From a bacterium (GTDB lineage Bacteria > UBA10199 > 2-02-FULL-50-16 > JAJFLM01): a DNA stretch of 64,000 nucleotides. Positions 60,773-64,000 of this stretch are shown one piece after another (positions within the stretch are counted from its first letter, which is position 1; each line of letters begins with the position of its first letter). The notes beneath the pieces were generated by a model, which searched no databases, was not told where the DNA came from, and saw nothing but the letters and a program-made list of their open reading frames with translations. Where the stretch lies: the NCBI GenBank assembly GCA_965216315.1, contig CBDCFN010000016.1, positions 840,733-904,732 on the forward strand, given 5' to 3'. Both the position numbers and the translations under genes were made by a program.

Positions 60773-61531
60773 ATGACTCTGCTAAGCCAAGTGAATGCCG
60801 CGACCTATCAGCAAGCCGTTGCCAGCTCGTTTTTTCAGAGCTTGGGCGTGCCGACGGATACCTATGCGGTACAGCTGGCCCCCCATATCTATTTAGAAGG
60901 TCACTCCAGCATCCGGCCGCCCCATTTTGGGAACTTTCAGCTGTTTCAAAGTACGCAGCCCCGACCGGTGTATGTGGCGGCATTGTTCGCCCAGACTGAA
61001 CGATTCGCGGCCGAGGCGGCTCGTCCCGACCGGGTGAGTGAGAATGCCGGACACTATATGTTTGTCGGGACTCCAACGGCGGCGGATCGTATTAGCTTTG
61101 TCCCCGCACGCATCGAGACAACTTCGAGAAGTGACGTGACAAGTGGGCGTATCATGTCATCCTTATCGCTGCATGATTTTGGCATTGATGCCCTTATCCG
61201 ACTCGGCCGAGATGATATGCTGGAATTCAAACGGGATCATCCCACGAGTCCGTATAGCTTGGCCTATTGGCTGGGTGGTTCGACTCTGGCCAGCAGATTT
61301 GAAGAGGTATCTGATCCAGATGAACTCTATGACATTATTGCCATCAGTGGCTTTCATTTTTTCAGCGATGCCCCGTTTTTAAATTACTACCATACCCGCA
61401 AAAGGGCTGGCTTGAGCTCAACTCCTCCCCCCGACGAAGAGATCACGCAGCGCATCGATATACGCGCCGAACGTGTAGTACCACCACCACCGCCATTGCC
61501 GTCTATTGAGCCGGTCCGGCAAATTGCGTAA
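60773..61531 (+). CDS. Orphan hypothetical protein with Pro-rich C-terminus
   Basis: 252-aa ORF, AAGGGA RBS, no signal peptide. Confidence 0.7.
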   Translation: MTLLSQVNAATYQQAVASSFFQSLGVPTDTYAVQLAPHIYLEGHSSIRPPHFGNFQLFQSTQPRPVYVAALFAQTERFAAEAARPDRVSENAGHYMFVGTPTAADRISFVPARIETTSRSDVTSGRIMSSLSLHDFGIDALIRLGRDDMLEFKRDHPTSPYSLAYWLGGSTLASRFEEVSDPDELYDIIAISGFHFFSDAPFLNYYHTRKRAGLSSTPPPDEEITQRIDIRAERVVPPPPPLPSIEPVRQIA

Positions 61532-61661
61532 TTTCGCCTCAAATCAGCGGATTCATTTTTGCTTTTCATAAGCTCTCTGCTCGCGTAAAAGAATAGTCAA
61601 TGAAAATTCAAAGGAATAAGAGTGACGGTAGTATAACCAGCCTAATTACGGTAGGAATGCG

Positions 61662-62483
61662 ATGACGACACCGAATATGAGTTTTGACGGCGAGGCGATC
61701 GCTAAGGGTTACGACGACTATCTGGTGCCGGTCATGTTCGATCCGTGGGCAGAGCGATTGATTGAGCGTGTTCCCCCTCACGCTGGGGCGACGGTACTGG
61801 ATTTGGCCACCGGAACGGGGATTGTTGCAAAAAAATTGGCCGAGCGACTCGGGGTGGATGGGAAAATCTACGGAGTTGATCTGAACACAGCGATGATGCG
61901 GTTGGCGAAAGAACGCTGCGCTGATATTTCCTGCGCCATCGAATTCGTCGAAAGCTCAGCTGAAGCCATTGACCTGCCCGATGCTTCCGTTGATTATGTC
62001 TATTGTCAGCAAGGGTTTCAGTTTTTTCCGGACAAGCAGGCGGCTGCGCGAGAAATCTATCGCTTATTGCGGCCGGGAGGTCGGGCGATTCTCACGACCT
62101 GGTTGCCGCTTTCAGAGTGCCCCTTTTTTGGGGCGATTTGTACTGCCTTAAACGAATGTGATGAGCCGGATATTGCGGCTATCATGGCGAGGCCTTTTGA
62201 TCATATGCCGGCTGATGAACTGCGGCAGCCTTTTGACGCACAACCATTTGCCAAGGTGCAATTGGAGCAAGATGTGCGTGAGATGTGCATTACAGGGGGG
62301 ATCGAAAGGGCCTATCAAACCGTCTTTGGGACGCCCATCGCACCCCTGTTGGAGGCGTTGCCGAATGTGAAACAAGAGGCCTTTCGGAACGCCATGCTCG
62401 GTCAGCTGGAGAAATTGCGTGGTGAGGATGGGATCACTTACGGTCACTTGGTAACCCACGTGCTCATTGCTGAAAAGGGCTAG
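61662..62483 (+). CDS. Class I SAM-dependent methyltransferase (UbiE-like fold)
   Basis: VLDLATGTG, CQQGFQFFPD, RLLRPGG. Confidence 0.9.
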   Translation: MTTPNMSFDGEAIAKGYDDYLVPVMFDPWAERLIERVPPHAGATVLDLATGTGIVAKKLAERLGVDGKIYGVDLNTAMMRLAKERCADISCAIEFVESSAEAIDLPDASVDYVYCQQGFQFFPDKQAAAREIYRLLRPGGRAILTTWLPLSECPFFGAICTALNECDEPDIAAIMARPFDHMPADELRQPFDAQPFAKVQLEQDVREMCITGGIERAYQTVFGTPIAPLLEALPNVKQEAFRNAMLGQLEKLRGEDGITYGHLVTHVLIAEKG

Positions 62484-62564
62484 TCGGTGTCTGTTGCCGA
62501 GGTAGAGAAAATCTACCTGGAAGCCAGTTGATCTGCTACAATCGGAGGCCGGAGGTACCCGGTC

Positions 62565-63068
62565 ATGAAGCACGGCATTCATCTCGTCCTCGCGGCATTC
62601 ATCTTGACGGTCATCCCTGGTAGGCTGTGCCAAGCTGATCTAACGCTATTTAAGAAAGAGGCGGTCATAGCAGCCATCAAAACGACTCAGCCTAATCAAC
62701 GTTATTGTAGCAGTCCCGCCGAGTTTGTTCCCGAGACTGAATGCAAGTATAAGTTTACAGGTAAAATTGTCGGGCTTGAGATCTCGATGGAGGGGGTTCA
62801 AAAAAATATCGATTGCGTGGCCTACATTAGGACGCCGGACAATAAGTTAGTGAAGGGAACCGTGAGCAATTTTGTATCGGGATCGCCTCCGGGTGAAGAA
62901 CGCTGTGCATTGTTGAGGACCGGATTTAGTAGAGAAGACTCTGCCGAAATTACAATCTATTACTATAGTGTCGAGCTCGGTAGCACTGAGCCTTATCAGG
63001 AAATAATCGACGTGGGGCTCTTTAAGGGCGGTAAAAGTGCAGTAAAGTCTTTGCCGATGGCCTGGTAA
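62565..63068 (+). CDS. Secreted hypothetical protein
   Basis: Signal peptide, several Cys, GGAGG RBS. Confidence 0.65.
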   Translation: MKHGIHLVLAAFILTVIPGRLCQADLTLFKKEAVIAAIKTTQPNQRYCSSPAEFVPETECKYKFTGKIVGLEISMEGVQKNIDCVAYIRTPDNKLVKGTVSNFVSGSPPGEERCALLRTGFSREDSAEITIYYYSVELGSTEPYQEIIDVGLFKGGKSAVKSLPMAW

Positions 63069-63096
63069 GAGTGCCGCATTTCTACCTGTGTCCTGT

Positions 63097-63552
63097 CTAT
63101 GCTTGATACAACTCCATCGCCTTTTCACGTTCCATTACACTCGCCTCGATCTTGATGTGCCCCCAACCGCCGCTGCAAACACCGACATCAAAGCAACCGG
63201 CATGTCTAAAGGCGAGTTTATTAGGATTAATGCCCGCATACCATAGCTCCTGAATACCGAAGATGGCCTGGGTCATCACCGGCAAAATATAGGCACAGAC
63301 TTTGGAGGGTGCCATCTTGCTGATCAGGTTTCCGTCTCCGGAAAAAAAGAAGCGAGTTCCTACCGTATGCTGACTGTTGCATGCATTTGATTCAATGACT
63401 TCGAATATGATGGTCTTATTTTTCATGTCCGGAGCCACAGCCATCACCTTGGCGTTGCGCGGGTTGTTCTTAAATTGCTCGATTTCGACGTCTGAATAAT
63501 TAAGGTGCTGTTTCATTAGTTCCCAGAGCTGGTCTGGAATTTGATCGGCCAT
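63097..63552 (-). CDS. Cys-containing hypothetical protein (TIGR04076-like pattern)
   Basis: EVIES..C...H.VG..F, C.....P, GC.D....C; GAGGAGG RBS before ATG 63552. Confidence 0.65.
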   Translation of the reverse strand: MADQIPDQLWELMKQHLNYSDVEIEQFKNNPRNAKVMAVAPDMKNKTIIFEVIESNACNSQHTVGTRFFFSGDGNLISKMAPSKVCAYILPVMTQAIFGIQELWYAGINPNKLAFRHAGCFDVGVCSGGWGHIKIEASVMEREKAMELYQA

Positions 63553-63587
63553 AGAAACCTCCTCTTGACTTTTTATTTGGATCAATA

Positions 63588-63605
63588 TATTTCGTATGCA
63601 AACTA
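63588..63605. promoter_or_regulatory. Probable MarR operator
   Basis: Imperfect palindrome TATTTCGTATGCAAACTA between the divergent genes. Confidence 0.45.
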
Positions 63606-63606
63606 A

Positions 63607-64000
63607 ATGTCCAGTGAAATCTCTACAATTAAACCCGTCGAGTGTCCTTATTATCTGGTTTCGCGTGTGAATCTCGTAGTGGCGGCCGCACTCAAGCGAG
63701 AACTAGCCGAAGCAGGGGTGGAACAAGTCAAACCCGCGTATCTGGGGGTGCTGATGTGTCTTTGGCGTGAGGATGGGCTGAAGGGTATTGAATTGGGAAG
63801 TAGGGCCGGCCTTGAACCGTCGACGATGACGGGTTTGATTGATCGCATGGAGCGCGATGGTCTCGTGGTACGGAAGTCGAGCCCGAGTGACCGGCGGGTC
63901 CAGCTCATCTATTTAACCGCCCAGGGAAAGCGCGTGCGCAAACCCGTCGAGGTCCTGCTCGATCGGGCACTCCCTAAAGTTTTTAAGGGCATCACTAAGC
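63607..64000 (+). CDS. MarR-family transcriptional regulator (runs off the window end)
   Basis: Manual translation: ...ELGSRAGLEPSTMTGLIDRMERDGLV.R.....DRRVQLIYLT..G; missing from the ORF track because no stop lies in the window. Confidence 0.9.
   Translation, partial: MSSEISTIKPVECPYYLVSRVNLVVAAALKRELAEAGVEQVKPAYLGVLMCLWREDGLKGIELGSRAGLEPSTMTGLIDRMERDGLVVRKSSPSDRRVQLIYLTAQGKRVRKPVEVLLDRALPKVFKGITK

Noticed and set aside
600-63908. The many short antisense or alternate-frame ORFs in the track
   Set aside because: They are shadows of well-supported genes, with no motifs or RBS
1-64000. CRISPR arrays, IS elements, rRNA, selenocysteine recoding
   Set aside because: No regularly spaced repeats, transposase motifs or rRNA sequence seen, and no in-frame TGA at catalytic Cys positions

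Overview
A gene-dense bacterial chromosome segment. Its gene content (pur/tat cluster, zapA-6S-ygfA-ymdB-tyrS, delta-type Fur box, TIGR02147-like gene, system II cytochrome c maturation) suggests a deltaproteobacteria-like lineage near Bdellovibrionota/Myxococcota; this placement is inference. Housekeeping content includes purQ(end)-purL-purF, tatA/B-tatC, an acyl-CoA carboxylase operon, tyrS, 6S RNA, a short RNase R, tRNA-Leu(CAG), nfuA, rph and feoAAB. There is also an anaerobic respiratory island: ccsBA divergent from two tandem octaheme HAO-family genes, a tetraheme cytochrome, nrfC- and nrfD-like genes, and a convergent porin. Other blocks are a GMC-oxidoreductase/TPP/prenyl-kinase cluster and a TIGR02147-lipoprotein operon. 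The most unusual signal is a bipartite motif, CAAC-N15-(C/T)CGAT(A/G), resembling a sigma-28 promoter with a non-canonical -35. It occurs 7 times (one copy with N16, one ending CCGAAG), mostly in front of scattered orphan genes without signal peptides. Two of these proteins, one a degenerate histidine kinase, share an N-terminal ~45-aa module, and two share a second unknown domain. This points to a candidate co-regulated, possibly secreted, orphan-protein programme. All alignments were done by eye and need computational confirmation.
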